A DNA stretch of 64,000 nucleotides from Candidatus Woesearchaeota archaeon. Lineage in GTDB: Archaea; Nanobdellota; Nanobdellia; Pacearchaeales; GW2011-AR1. This document shows, piece by piece, positions 38,244-47,440 of this stretch. The position numbers and the translations under genes are program-made. Numbering within the stretch: position 1 is the first letter of the stretch; each line of letters opens with the position of its first letter. The stretch spans positions 5,009 through 69,008 of the forward strand of contig CAZOEF010000003.1 of assembly GCA_964578845.1 (NCBI GenBank), read 5' to 3'. The notes under the pieces are model-generated. The model had not been told where the DNA came from. It made no database searches and was given only the letters and a program-made list of their open reading frames with translations.

Positions 38244-38969
38244 TTAAGTGAGTTCTACATAGAGATAATATGGAGTAGCTCCTGTGAAAGTTGCTGCTCC
38301 ATTCTCTGGGACTATCATCTGGAAATCATAAGTTCCCCCATCAAATCCTGTAGCTCCTTCCTCCATTATAGTTGCATATATTAAATTGCTTCCAGTTGAC
38401 TCATACAAGGCTATTTCTTCAAATGATAGATCCTGTGAAGCTCCGTTGACATAAGTGTTAAGTGTAGGGCATGAATCTGAGCCTATACTTGATGTCCCTA
38501 CAAAAAATGCATCGTGAGTGCCGCTCTGTCCGTTATTGAACGTTGCAGTAATATTATCTGAAAATCCTGTATGATTCATCCTGGTGTTCTCAAGTTCTAA
38601 AGTGGTCGCATTAGAGCAGTCTATATTAGTCCAGGAAATGCTTGAGCTATTTCGCGTAGCATATATCTCACCGCTTACTGAAGCAAGGCTCCAGTCATAA
38701 ATAGCAGATCCTGAAGCATCTTCAAGGCTAAATGTACCTGTTACCTCTCCTACAAATGCTTTCCACCTTGTATTTATAGTATCTGCTGTGATATTCAAAG
38801 TAGCTATGTATCCTCCTGAAATGTTTAGTTCATAAGCTGAACTTGTCCCTCCAGTCTCATTAGCCAAGACTGTAACACTGCTAGGCCCTTCAGGTGCAGC
38901 TAAAACAAAAGTAAACATAAACCCTGTCGCCACAAGCCCTAATATAATGATTAACAATGATTTAATCAT
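38244..38969 (-). CDS. Secreted protein (241 aa), paralog of 39011..39808
   Basis: It has a Sec-type signal, MIKSLLIIILGLVATGFMFTFVLA. It shares the blocks W..F.G.VTG, Y.WSLAS..GE.Y, ISW.NI.C, HD.FF, FEE..LYE, HDFQM.V and Y...VEL with the neighbouring gene. Confidence 0.7.
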   Translation of the reverse strand: MIKSLLIIILGLVATGFMFTFVLAAPEGPSSVTVLANETGGTSSAYELNISGGYIATLNITADTINTRWKAFVGEVTGTFSLEDASGSAIYDWSLASVSGEIYATRNSSSISWTNIDCSNATTLELENTRMNHTGFSDNITATFNNGQSGTHDAFFVGTSSIGSDSCPTLNTYVNGASQDLSFEEIALYESTGSNLIYATIMEEGATGFDGGTYDFQMIVPENGAATFTGATPYYLYVELT

Positions 38970-39010
38970 TACTTTCCCATTTGAAGTTTTTTTTTAAATT
39001 TCATCTTTAG

Positions 39011-39808
39011 TTACTCTAGCTCTACAAAGAAGAAATACGTTGTAGGTGCTGTATCAGTTCCGTGCCCATTATCTAAGACTAGCATCTGGAAATCATGAGT
39101 TGCCTGGTCAAAGCCTCCTAAATCTTCTTCTAGTAATGAAGCGAACACGACACTTGATGAAGTAGGCTCGTATAATAATACTTCCTCAAATTCCTGGTCT
39201 ACTCCTGATCCTGTATCACCATATACTCTAGTGCTTAGGCACTCATCAGCAGAGAACTGCTGGCTTGCAGTGAAAAATTCATCATGATCTTGCAATGAAA
39301 ATGTTTCATTTATTCCATCAACATCATCAAAAGCTATTCCAAATGTTTCTTCTAATACTGAAAGGTTAGTTCCTCCTAAGTTTGTTTCTCCAGGAGTCTC
39401 AGCTCCTCCAGCACCATTTGCCGTAAAATTAAAGCATTGGATATTTGACCAAGATATAGAGGTGTTAGTAGAGGAATAAACTTCTCCCTGTGGACTTGCT
39501 AAGCTCCAATTATAGAATACATCATCATTTGCATTTGCCAACTGAATAACTCCAGTGACATTTCCGTAGAAACCTTGCCAGGTCTGTGTTGTAGTATAAC
39601 CAAAAATATCTACATTAGTGACATTTCCAGCAGTAGCATTAGCGCTTCCTGCTGTATCAGCTAGTGCACCCTCAGATGTTCCAACAGTGGTTTCTGCTCC
39701 AGAAGGTCCAACTGCACTAGTCAAAGGAAAAAATGAAAATGCTAAAGCTAAAACAGCTAAAGCTATTAATGCTTTATTAAAAAATACTATGTTTGTTTCT
39801 CTTGTCAA
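39011..39808 (-). CDS. Secreted protein (265 aa), paralog of 38244..38969
   Basis: It starts at TTG, preceded by AAAGGTGAT (Shine-Dalgarno-like). The signal peptide ends in LTSA. The shared blocks are listed under 38244..38969. Confidence 0.7.
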   Translation of the reverse strand: MTRETNIVFFNKALIALAVLALAFSFFPLTSAVGPSGAETTVGTSEGALADTAGSANATAGNVTNVDIFGYTTTQTWQGFYGNVTGVIQLANANDDVFYNWSLASPQGEVYSSTNTSISWSNIQCFNFTANGAGGAETPGETNLGGTNLSVLEETFGIAFDDVDGINETFSLQDHDEFFTASQQFSADECLSTRVYGDTGSGVDQEFEEVLLYEPTSSSVVFASLLEEDLGGFDQATHDFQMLVLDNGHGTDTAPTTYFFFVELE

Positions 39809-39940
39809 TTTATCACCTTTGTAATAACTTTGTCACCAAGTCATTACCTCTTTCTTTATTGATACATAAAAATAGTAATGCTTTATAAATGTTTTCCTCC
39901 TTTTCAGTGAAAATACTCTTAAGTTTGTTTCAGTCAAAGA

Positions 39941-42862
39941 TTAATTTATAAAGTTATGGGTATTATTATTTAGTAATGACATATAAGGAACCATTTTTTC
40001 ATAGATCTTTTTCCTGAATTTCCCAGGCATCCTATTATAGATTGACTGAATATCTGAATAGATCATCATGGCAATATCTGTCCTTCCTTGTCTAAGTGCC
40101 TCCAGACATTCATTAATAAGGCCTTGCACTTCTTTTTTATCTACTTTAACTCTTAAAGAGCTTATTCTCTTATACAGGAAAGGCTTTACTCTTCCATCAG
40201 CAGATGAATATAATTCTGCCATTCTGACATAATTGTCCTTTGCTCTGGACAATTCTCCAATAGATAAAGCGTTTTCGCTGTCTTTTATTAAGCTTAATGT
40301 TGCCAAGACTTCTGGCCTTGATTTATATTGGTTTGTTTTATAGCCCCTGAAAGCATAGAAACCTCCTGCTAAAAAGACTAAAATAAAGACTAGCCATCCT
40401 ATAAATATCCCTAAACTTCCTGAATTGCCAGCTCCAGGCAATATTGCAAAAGCTGAGATAGGGCTGAACCCTTTCTCAGGAGCATCTTCATGAAATGCGA
40501 AAGTGTCTGAAGATCTGACTTCAGCCAGGTCGATTATTTTATCCATATAATAGACTATTTTTCCATCTATTAAGTCAGAGCTCTTTATTTCATAAATATT
40601 GTTTTCATCTATCGCATTATTTATATTAAGAAAGCTCACTTCATCTAAGTCTTTAGAGATTTCTTCAGGAATTACTTCCAGGTAAGTATCAGGAATTTCT
40701 CCATGGGAATCCAATGTCTTTCTTACTAAGGTGATCTTTTCCTCCCTGCCAGCATATTCTATTTCGACATGCTTGATATTGACTGAGATGCTTAATGAAT
40801 TCTGAAGCTGGGCATTATAGTCTATCAAATTACTTTCTGCTGCCTTGCTTAGGATTATATTTTTATTATCCAGGAATTTCCTGATTACATCGCGGATATT
40901 TGAGTCTATCTTGTTCTTGATGAATTCATCGGTAGCCAGCACCTCCACATTTTCAGGAATGTTTTCAGCTATCTCATCAAGTTCGCTATTTATCTCATCT
41001 CTTCTTTCATCTCTTTTATCTTCATCAGTGATATGGTCCAGGTTATGTTGTAAATCAAGCTTTATTTGTGAAAGTTTCTTCTTATAGTATAGCGCATCAT
41101 CAACTAGTCCTAAGTCATCCATTGCTTCCTGTTCTTCTTTGCCGTAATTTCCTGAATCAATTAGAAACTCGCTTATTCTGTCAAGCATTTCATCTATTTC
41201 TTCAGCCCTTTCAAAAGTAGTGTTTAATGCTCTGGAAGATGCTTTCAATGAATAAGTTGAGTTATGGTAATTAAAATCCCTATCTTTAGAATCCCTGTTT
41301 CCCTTTGTATCATAACATTCCACTTCCCAGGTATAATCCCCCTCATCAAAATCAACTAATTGGACAATGACTTCTTCATTATTATCTACATCATTATTAA
41401 AAGCATCATAGACAAGCTCCCCTATTGAACTGCTATTGAAGTAAAAAAGATTGAATGTGCAATTGCTTATGTTGCTCACATCATGCGCTTCATAGCTGAA
41501 GTTTATATTATATTCATCCAAAGTGTCTTCATCAGAAGGATAATTTAGCTCTATTGTTGGTCCATCCTCGTCAGTAGTATTTGCCCCTGTTACAGATATT
41601 TCAATTGACTCAGTTAAATTATAATTTCCTGTTTCTCCTAATATCAATCCGCTTAAGCTTGCAGTAAATTCTCCTGAAGAAGAGTATTCATGCGAGAATT
41701 CCTGATAAGGATTCCCATTGAGTTGCTCAAATCCCCCATCCCCGAATATTATGATGCCGCTTAGGCTATACTCATCAAGCCCTGTGACATTGACATTGAA
41801 AGTGATTTCTTCATCTTGGATTATTTGATTATCACTGGAAGTGAATGCTATTATTGGGGAATAGTCCATCATTATATCAAAATTATTGGACTCTGAATCA
41901 TTGATTGAAGAATTGATTTCATCCTTGCAAAATATTTTCCAGTTATAGTTCCCATTGTCCAATTCAAGTGTAGAGATATTCAATTCTCCCATGTTAATTC
42001 CATCGATCTGTTCCTTCACTGTCTCACCTTTTTTAAGATCGAATGAGCAATCAACATTAGACAGATTAGAATAAGAGACATTAAAATCAAAATCCAGGTC
42101 TGCTGCATTAGTTATCTCGCCCTGGGGGTAATCACCCATCTCTATGCTCAAACTGGTCAAATTAGAATTCTCTGTGCCTTGTGTTAGATTGATGATTATA
42201 TCAAAGTTTTGCACTGAAAGATGCGGCGCAATAAATGATATCCTGTCATTAAGGCCGTTATCATCCTGGTCGTAAAGAGTAAGGTCGAAGGATCTGTCGT
42301 CAGTTATATCAATAATGCCATCTTCCTTTATCCAGAGAACTTTTAGTTCTTCATCTGTCTCTATTATATCAGCATATACTGTGACAGGGCTATCAAAATG
42401 TTCATCACTGGAGACCGTAACCCTTTTCTTCCATAGATCACTATCTTCATCAACTGATTCGCTCTTGAATATCTCAACTTCTTTTCCTTCTTCCATCTTG
42501 GCCTCTATTTCTTTTTTCCCGTTCTTGACAATAACGTAATCTACTAGTTTGCCCGAATCACTATCTTCACTGTTTTCCATTGATTCATCAACAGTAAATG
42601 AGGCATCTATGTCTATTTTGTCAGAGATTTTATCTAATTCAACATCTATCTTATCAGAAATTTTGTCTAGTTCTGGTTCAATATTAGTAAGTTTAGCATC
42701 AGATGCTCCGGAAGCTTCATCAAGAACTTTTTCTTCATTAAGAGGTAATTCCTTTGCTAAATCCTCTGCATAAGTTGCAAAGCCTGCGATAATGATGAAT
42801 GCTGATAGGACAATAATTAATAAAACTAATCTTGGCTTGTCCAGACTCACCTTTTTAAGCAT
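39941..42862 (-). CDS. Large (973 aa) surface protein with signal peptide, PKD/Ig-like modules, helical stalk, C-terminal TM helix and cytoplasmic helical tail
   Basis: The signal is LVLLIIVLSAFIIIAGFATYA. The PKD-like segment is IIFGDGGFEQL...SHEYSSSGEFTASL. The acidic helical segment begins near AEEIDEMLDRISEF. The TM helix is IGWLVFILVFLAGGFYAF. The tail contains LINECLEALRQGRTDIAMMIYSDIQSIYNRMP. Confidence 0.75.
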   Translation of the reverse strand: MLKKVSLDKPRLVLLIIVLSAFIIIAGFATYAEDLAKELPLNEEKVLDEASGASDAKLTNIEPELDKISDKIDVELDKISDKIDIDASFTVDESMENSEDSDSGKLVDYVIVKNGKKEIEAKMEEGKEVEIFKSESVDEDSDLWKKRVTVSSDEHFDSPVTVYADIIETDEELKVLWIKEDGIIDITDDRSFDLTLYDQDDNGLNDRISFIAPHLSVQNFDIIINLTQGTENSNLTSLSIEMGDYPQGEITNAADLDFDFNVSYSNLSNVDCSFDLKKGETVKEQIDGINMGELNISTLELDNGNYNWKIFCKDEINSSINDSESNNFDIMMDYSPIIAFTSSDNQIIQDEEITFNVNVTGLDEYSLSGIIIFGDGGFEQLNGNPYQEFSHEYSSSGEFTASLSGLILGETGNYNLTESIEISVTGANTTDEDGPTIELNYPSDEDTLDEYNINFSYEAHDVSNISNCTFNLFYFNSSSIGELVYDAFNNDVDNNEEVIVQLVDFDEGDYTWEVECYDTKGNRDSKDRDFNYHNSTYSLKASSRALNTTFERAEEIDEMLDRISEFLIDSGNYGKEEQEAMDDLGLVDDALYYKKKLSQIKLDLQHNLDHITDEDKRDERRDEINSELDEIAENIPENVEVLATDEFIKNKIDSNIRDVIRKFLDNKNIILSKAAESNLIDYNAQLQNSLSISVNIKHVEIEYAGREEKITLVRKTLDSHGEIPDTYLEVIPEEISKDLDEVSFLNINNAIDENNIYEIKSSDLIDGKIVYYMDKIIDLAEVRSSDTFAFHEDAPEKGFSPISAFAILPGAGNSGSLGIFIGWLVFILVFLAGGFYAFRGYKTNQYKSRPEVLATLSLIKDSENALSIGELSRAKDNYVRMAELYSSADGRVKPFLYKRISSLRVKVDKKEVQGLINECLEALRQGRTDIAMMIYSDIQSIYNRMPGKFRKKIYEKMVPYMSLLNNNTHNFIN

Positions 42863-43067
42863 TTTTCACCTCTTTTTCAAGTAGAGAGTCCGTCTTTAAA
42901 AAACCTTCATTGTATATCCAGAGAGTTATTATTTTGCTAACTACGTCTTGTTCATTGCTTCCTAATACACCTATAAGTTTTTGGATAATTTCCTTCTGCC
43001 TTATCGTCACTGTCCCCCTGACAACAGTGGTTTCTGATTTAGAACTTTTTAATATTTTTTTAGGCAT
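42855..43067 (-). CDS. Small (70 aa) protein, possibly RHH-like DNA-binding, coupled to the 973-aa gene
   Basis: It overlaps the downstream start by 8 nt. GTVTIRQKEIIQKLIGVLGSNEQDVVSKII could form a strand-helix-helix, but the fold assignment is weak. Confidence 0.35.
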   Translation of the reverse strand: MPKKILKSSKSETTVVRGTVTIRQKEIIQKLIGVLGSNEQDVVSKIITLWIYNEGFLKTDSLLEKEVKNA

Positions 43068-43148
43068 TTTTTAGTTATTAAATAGTTATTAATTAAATCT
43101 TTATAAATATATCTATAATTATTTAAATAAGGTAACAAATGAAGTGCT
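43068..43148. promoter_or_regulatory. Divergent AT-rich control region between the two surface-locus operons
   Basis: The 81-bp region has TATA-like boxes: atttaaataa about 24 nt before the ATG at 43149, and tttataaat/ttaattaa 20-35 nt before the minus-strand ATG at 43067. Confidence 0.5.
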
Positions 43149-45254
43149 ATGAAAAGAGGTAATCTCCCGATTTGTTTAGTCGTGACATTTATGTTTTTAC
43201 TAACTATCTCAATTGTAAATTCTCAGGACGTTCCAACAATATTGGAAGTGCCATTTCAAGAAGGGGCTCCCGAGCTGATCAAAGTAATTCCTGATCAATC
43301 CTGGCCAGTGAATACTAACAATACCGAGGCATTTGATCTTGATGAATACTTTAGGGATAATGAGACCTCAAACCTGACTTATACTGCTACATTTGTTTCT
43401 AATATTAATATATCAATAGAAGAGTCATTAAATTCAACAAATGGAACTATGCATCTTGTTTCCTTCTATCCAGAAACTGATTTTACTGGAACAAGACTGG
43501 TAAGATTTATCGCATCAGATGGAACATTCCAGACTCAAAGCAACATAGTGACTTTGAACGTAGTGAACGACACAGAGCCGCCCCAATGGAGTTTTCCTGC
43601 AAAAGATAAGCTGACAATATTACAGAATGACTTTATCAATTTCACTACCCTCTGGACTGATAATGTTCAGCTGAGCAATTATACATTTTCTATAAATCAA
43701 GGATCTGGATGGAGCAATTCGTCGCGATCATTTTCTGGAACTATGGCAACTTCAGCTGAAAGGGTGCAGATAAGTGCGCCTGGAGGGACAATAGTGCAAT
43801 GGATGTTCTTCGCATCAGATACTTCCGGAAATATGAATGCCACAGATATCCAGAGTTTCACTGTCACTGCTACAAACACTCCTCCTACAACAGGCAATGT
43901 GGGAAATGAGGACGAGGATGATGATTCACCTAGTCCTGCTCCTGTCGAGGAAACGCCTAGAAATGAAACCCAGGATTTTTCTGTTTCAGCAGACTCATTC
44001 AGGGTTGAAGCTAAACAAGGAAGCAGGTCGACAATATCACTAAAAGTCACTAACACAGGTGTTGGGACACTTAATTTCACTATTGGGATAACTGGGCTGG
44101 ATATGTTTGATATATCTATTAGTGAAGATGAATTCTCCTTGATTGGAGGAGATTCAAAAACATTGATAATTGAAATATCTACTGATCGGTTCACCACTCC
44201 TGATTTATATTTTGGAGATATGCTTATCAGTGCCGCTGACAAGAACGTTACCCTTCCGATAATAGTAGAGGTAAAGCCGATAATAACAAGTATTGATCTC
44301 AAGACAGAAGTTATTGAAGAGGAAATCCTTCCTGGAGAGGACATAAATGCAAATATTACTTTGACTAATCTCGAAGACATTGAGGAAAAAGAGATCGAAT
44401 TATATTATGCGATTATTGATTATTCAGGAAATACATTAGACTCAAATCAGGAAACTCTGAATTTTTCAAGCAGGTCACTCGGGATGATCAAAAATTTGAC
44501 AATTCCTTCAGATGCCACCCAAGGAGAATATATTTTCCTGACAAGAGTGGTCTTTGATGATGAAATTAATATTGACTCTGACACTTTCCTTGTTGGAGCA
44601 AGGTTTGATCTTGCTGCATTTCTAAAAGCCAATCTGATTTTAGTTTTGATTGCATTGTTCTTGGTATCTGCTTTAGTATTTATCCTTAGATACAGGCAGA
44701 ATAAGCAAAGGCTAAAGCTATTGAACTTGTACTTATTGATGAACCAGATGAAATCCTTGCTTGAGGAAAACAAGATAGATGAGGCTATTAATATCTATAT
44801 AAAGATAAAAGGAGTTTATGGTGAGCCTCTGTCTCAGACAGCTATATATAACAAAGAAGAACTGAAAAAATCAGTTGAGGAGCTTGCAAAAAAACTGGAT
44901 CTTCTGGCAATAAATCAGCCCCCTCAGCCCCAAGAGAATGCAGAGAAACCTGAGCAGACAGCAGGCTCTAAAAATGAAACTAAGACAGAAAATCCAGAGT
45001 CAACTCCTGCAGAAACAGATCAATCACAGGCAGCAGGCTCTGAAGCTAAAATTCAGGCAGCAGAAAATCCAGAGTCAACTCCTGCAGATGAACCTCAGAC
45101 AGAGAAAACAATAGAGCAAAGTGAGCCCCCTGAAGCTAAATCTACTCAGGCAAATAAGAAAGCTAGACCAAAAAGACCAAAATCCGTCAAGCAAAAAAGA
45201 GCAAAAAAAGTAACGAAATCTAAAAAAGTAAAGAAATCTAAAAAAAGAAGATGA
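43149..45254 (+). CDS. Surface protein (701 aa) with signal peptide, Ig/CARDB-like modules, C-terminal TM helix, helical tail, acidic P/T/E repeat and polybasic terminus
   Basis: The signal is LPICLVVTFMFLLTISIVNS. The TM helix is LILVLIALFLVSALVFIL. The tail contains MNQMKSLLEENKIDEAINIYIKIKGVYGEPL. ENPESTPA occurs twice. The protein ends in KKVTKSKKVKKSKKRR. Confidence 0.75.
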   Translation: MKRGNLPICLVVTFMFLLTISIVNSQDVPTILEVPFQEGAPELIKVIPDQSWPVNTNNTEAFDLDEYFRDNETSNLTYTATFVSNINISIEESLNSTNGTMHLVSFYPETDFTGTRLVRFIASDGTFQTQSNIVTLNVVNDTEPPQWSFPAKDKLTILQNDFINFTTLWTDNVQLSNYTFSINQGSGWSNSSRSFSGTMATSAERVQISAPGGTIVQWMFFASDTSGNMNATDIQSFTVTATNTPPTTGNVGNEDEDDDSPSPAPVEETPRNETQDFSVSADSFRVEAKQGSRSTISLKVTNTGVGTLNFTIGITGLDMFDISISEDEFSLIGGDSKTLIIEISTDRFTTPDLYFGDMLISAADKNVTLPIIVEVKPIITSIDLKTEVIEEEILPGEDINANITLTNLEDIEEKEIELYYAIIDYSGNTLDSNQETLNFSSRSLGMIKNLTIPSDATQGEYIFLTRVVFDDEINIDSDTFLVGARFDLAAFLKANLILVLIALFLVSALVFILRYRQNKQRLKLLNLYLLMNQMKSLLEENKIDEAINIYIKIKGVYGEPLSQTAIYNKEELKKSVEELAKKLDLLAINQPPQPQENAEKPEQTAGSKNETKTENPESTPAETDQSQAAGSEAKIQAAENPESTPADEPQTEKTIEQSEPPEAKSTQANKKARPKRPKSVKQKRAKKVTKSKKVKKSKKRR
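44988..45088 (+). repeat. 75-bp tandem duplication inside the 701-aa gene tail
   Basis: The 26-nt string gaaaatccagagtcaactcctgcaga occurs exactly at 44988..45013 and 45063..45088. The period is 75 nt, which is 25 aa. Confidence 0.85.
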
Positions 45255-47440
45255 TAAAAAATAAATTCCTGGTTGCATTAGTATTCTTAGTTATAGTGGT
45301 TTCTCCTGCCCTTGCTCAAAGCGCTTACGGTGATCCTATTGATGCTGAATCATATACTATTTCAAGAAGCTTTGTAGACAGGGAGCTTGCTTTAGGGGAT
45401 ATATTCATGGATTCTTTTTCAATAGAGAACAAGCAAGGGTCTCAGATGTCTGTGACTCTTTCAACAACAGGAGAGATATCTGATTTGATAGAATTTGATG
45501 TTGCAGGAGTGATAATTGATGCGCAAAATAAGTCAGACATTGATTTTAATATAATTGCTAGAGAACTCGGAACATTCACTGGAACTATAGTTGTCTCAGG
45601 AGATATAAATGAAGAGATTCCTGTAAATTTGACTATCCTGGAACAGTCTAATTATCAAAAATTTATTTTGAATATAGAGCCATTGAAAAAAACTTTCACT
45701 TTGGATGAAAGGATAGAAGTAAAGATAAACCTTCGCCAAATACTCTCTGAAGCCCTGCAGAATGTTTCATTTGTCTACACTCTTGGAAAATTGAATGCTG
45801 AAAATTTCCAGATACAGTTAAGTCCTGAAGAGACAGAGAGCGAAGTATTTGTAAGATTGAGCCCGCAGGAAGAAGTCAGGGATATTGAGGGTTCTTTCCA
45901 GATAACTAAAAAATTTCAAATACCTGAAGAGGTGACTGAAGGGGATTATGTACTGAATGTTGTAGCCAATTACAAGAATGAATCTGTCCTGGCAAGCACA
46001 ACATTCACATTGACAATTCCCTTCCTTCAAATAAGATTATTTGGGCTGATACCTGTCTGGCTAATAATCACAATCGTCTCTGTCCTTGCTTTTGGGACTA
46101 TTGCTTTCTTGATAATACGCAGAGAGATAAAGAAAAGGAAAAAATACAAAATGCAGCTTGTCACTAACACGTTGCCAAAAAAGGGAGAGAGAAATCTATG
46201 GTTCGGGAAAGTTGCCGAGAAGAACATCCCTGCTTATTATGAGATGGATAAATTGACAACACACGCTGTTGTGGCAGGAGCTACCGGAGGGGGAAAGAGC
46301 ATTGCTGCGCAGGTCATAATAGAAGAGGCTTTATTGAAGAACATTGCTGTAATAGTCTTCGATCCAACAGCTCAGTGGTCAGGAATGCTTAGAAAAGGGG
46401 ACGATAAGAAAATGTTTTCTTTCTATCCAAAATTCGGCCTTAAGCCATCTGACGCCAGGGCTTTCCCTGGGAATGTTCGGCAGGTTATGAATGAAAGGCA
46501 GGTCATAGACATAGAAAAATACACTCAGCCAGGGCATATCCAGATATTCACATTGAATAAATTAGATCCATCAAAAATGGATGTGTTCGTCGCAAGTGTT
46601 ATTGCATCTATCTTCAGGTCAGATCCTAAGGAGCACCCTGGACTAAAGACCTTATTAGTATTTGATGAAGTCCATAGATTGCTTCCTAAATTCGGGGGTT
46701 CAGGCGAAGGATTCCTTCAGATTGAAAGAGCTTGCAGGGAATTTAGAAAATGGGGATTGGGAGTGATGTTGGTATCTCAGGTATTATCAGACTTCGTCGG
46801 AGAGATCAAGGCTAACATCAACACAGAAGTCCAGATGAGGACAAGGGATGAAGCTGATCTCAACAGGTTAAAAACTAAATACGGAGAAGAGGTCTTGCAA
46901 TCCCTGATCAAAGCATCTGTAGGGGTTGGAATGTTTGTAAATCCATCTTATAACAGAGGTAAGCCTTATTTCATAAATTTCAGGCCCATATTGCACAATA
47001 CTAGAAGATTAAGTGATGAAGTCCTGGAGAAATATAATCAATATGGGGAAGTAATAGATGACCTGGAATACCAGATAGAACAATTAGAAGCTGAAAAAAT
47101 AGATACATTTGACCTTAAGATGGAATTGAAATTAGTCAAGGATAAGCTGATGACTGGCAATTTTACTGTTGTTGATATTTATCTTGAAGGTTTGACTCCT
47201 AGATTTGAGAAGCAGTGGCAATCATTAGGAAAGAAGCCTAAGAAGAAAGAGATAGAACTGATAGATGCTAAGGAAGTTGAAGCTTCCATAAACCAGGCCA
47301 AGAGCGAAAGAGCTAAAATAGAATCTGGTTCAAAAGACAAGAAAGAGGGAAGTGACGAAGCTGATAAGCCTGTGAAAGAAAAGAAAAAATCTCCTAAAAA
47401 GGAAAAGATCAAAAAGCCAAAAGCAAAAAAACATAAATGA
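45251..47440 (+). CDS. Bitopic membrane protein: extracellular N-domain, one TM helix and a cytoplasmic HerA/FtsK-like (DUF87-type) P-loop ATPase
   Basis: The signal is FLVALVFLVIVVSPALA. The TM helix is aa 265-289 (46043..46117). Walker A is GATGGGKS at 46277..46300 and Walker B is LLVFDEVH at 46652..46675. REFRKWGLGVMLVSQ is typical of HerA-like ATPases. A C-terminal coiled coil and a polybasic tail follow. ATGA overlaps link it to the genes on both sides. Confidence 0.75.
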   Translation: MIKNKFLVALVFLVIVVSPALAQSAYGDPIDAESYTISRSFVDRELALGDIFMDSFSIENKQGSQMSVTLSTTGEISDLIEFDVAGVIIDAQNKSDIDFNIIARELGTFTGTIVVSGDINEEIPVNLTILEQSNYQKFILNIEPLKKTFTLDERIEVKINLRQILSEALQNVSFVYTLGKLNAENFQIQLSPEETESEVFVRLSPQEEVRDIEGSFQITKKFQIPEEVTEGDYVLNVVANYKNESVLASTTFTLTIPFLQIRLFGLIPVWLIITIVSVLAFGTIAFLIIRREIKKRKKYKMQLVTNTLPKKGERNLWFGKVAEKNIPAYYEMDKLTTHAVVAGATGGGKSIAAQVIIEEALLKNIAVIVFDPTAQWSGMLRKGDDKKMFSFYPKFGLKPSDARAFPGNVRQVMNERQVIDIEKYTQPGHIQIFTLNKLDPSKMDVFVASVIASIFRSDPKEHPGLKTLLVFDEVHRLLPKFGGSGEGFLQIERACREFRKWGLGVMLVSQVLSDFVGEIKANINTEVQMRTRDEADLNRLKTKYGEEVLQSLIKASVGVGMFVNPSYNRGKPYFINFRPILHNTRRLSDEVLEKYNQYGEVIDDLEYQIEQLEAEKIDTFDLKMELKLVKDKLMTGNFTVVDIYLEGLTPRFEKQWQSLGKKPKKKEIELIDAKEVEASINQAKSERAKIESGSKDKKEGSDEADKPVKEKKKSPKKEKIKKPKAKKHK

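Noticed and set aside
43697-44380. A 227-aa minus-strand ORF lies inside the 701-aa surface-protein gene.
   Set aside because: It is an antisense shadow ORF. The plus-strand frame has a signal peptide, a TM helix and operon coupling, and the minus-strand frame has none.
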